Notes under the pieces: generated by a model
What the model was told of the DNA's origin: nothing
Database searches by the model: none
Seen by the model: only the letters and a program-made list of their open reading frames with translations
Made by a program: the position numbers and the translations under genes
Part shown: piece by piece, positions 55,800-55,925 of the stretch
Numbering within the stretch: the stretch's first letter is position 1
How the letters are laid out: the number at the start of each line of letters is the position of its first letter
From: a virus
Lineage: Duplodnaviria > Caudoviricetes
Length of the DNA stretch: 55,925 nucleotides
IMG/VR virus record: IMGVR_UViG_3300027967_000009
Coordinates: 1 to 55,925 of that record
Reading direction: 5' to 3' (one strand)

Positions 55800-55925
55800 A
55801 ACATACATAGTATCAACTACCACCACACTATCACCCATGTATGATATACATTAAACCTATACGTATAGGTTTAATGTATATCATACATGGGTGATAGTGT
55901 GGTGGTAGTTGATACTATGTATGTT
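55800..55925. repeat. Right hairpin telomere (telR), read through as a perfect palindrome
   Basis: Centre 55862|55863; 55819-55862 identical to 3-46. Confidence 0.95.

Noticed and set aside
1-55925. tRNA or rRNA genes
   Set aside because: None recognised by eye; tRNAscan-SE or Infernal would be needed to exclude them

Overview
The window is an apparently complete, AT-rich, N15/VP882-type linear plasmid-prophage (telomere phage) of about 55.8 kb. Both ends are read-through hairpin telomeres sharing an identical 44-bp arm, and a protelomerase gene sits at the right end. Left to right: SopA/SopB-like partition genes; HicAB; a short tyrosine recombinase; an array of small genes separated by a repeated spacer and ending in an oligoribonuclease homologue; a lambda-like siphovirus late region on the minus strand (tail, head, terminase, lambda-like cos); extra structural genes; a lysis cassette; an early operon; a cro/cI switch; a primase-helicase RepA; an accessory module; and the protelomerase. 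Two systems stand out. (1) Between repA and the protelomerase lies a signalling module: a small exported pre-peptide with three GSSRGKVRI repeats, a PPP phosphatase, an ECF sigma factor, a membrane Ser/Thr kinase with a TPR-like C-terminal domain, and a small ORF. The phage CI appears to lack its autocleavage residues, so this is a candidate peptide-controlled lysis-lysogeny switch. (2) At 35.2-38.5 kb is an array of eight integron-type cassettes with attC sites. There is no integron integrase, all genes are antisense to the usual cassette orientation, and one gene is a clear Acb2 anti-CBASS homologue. All calls come from motif reading and recalled family features; no database searches were run. 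The host is probably a marine gammaproteobacterium (inference only). Some starts were moved from the ORF track to better-supported start codons.
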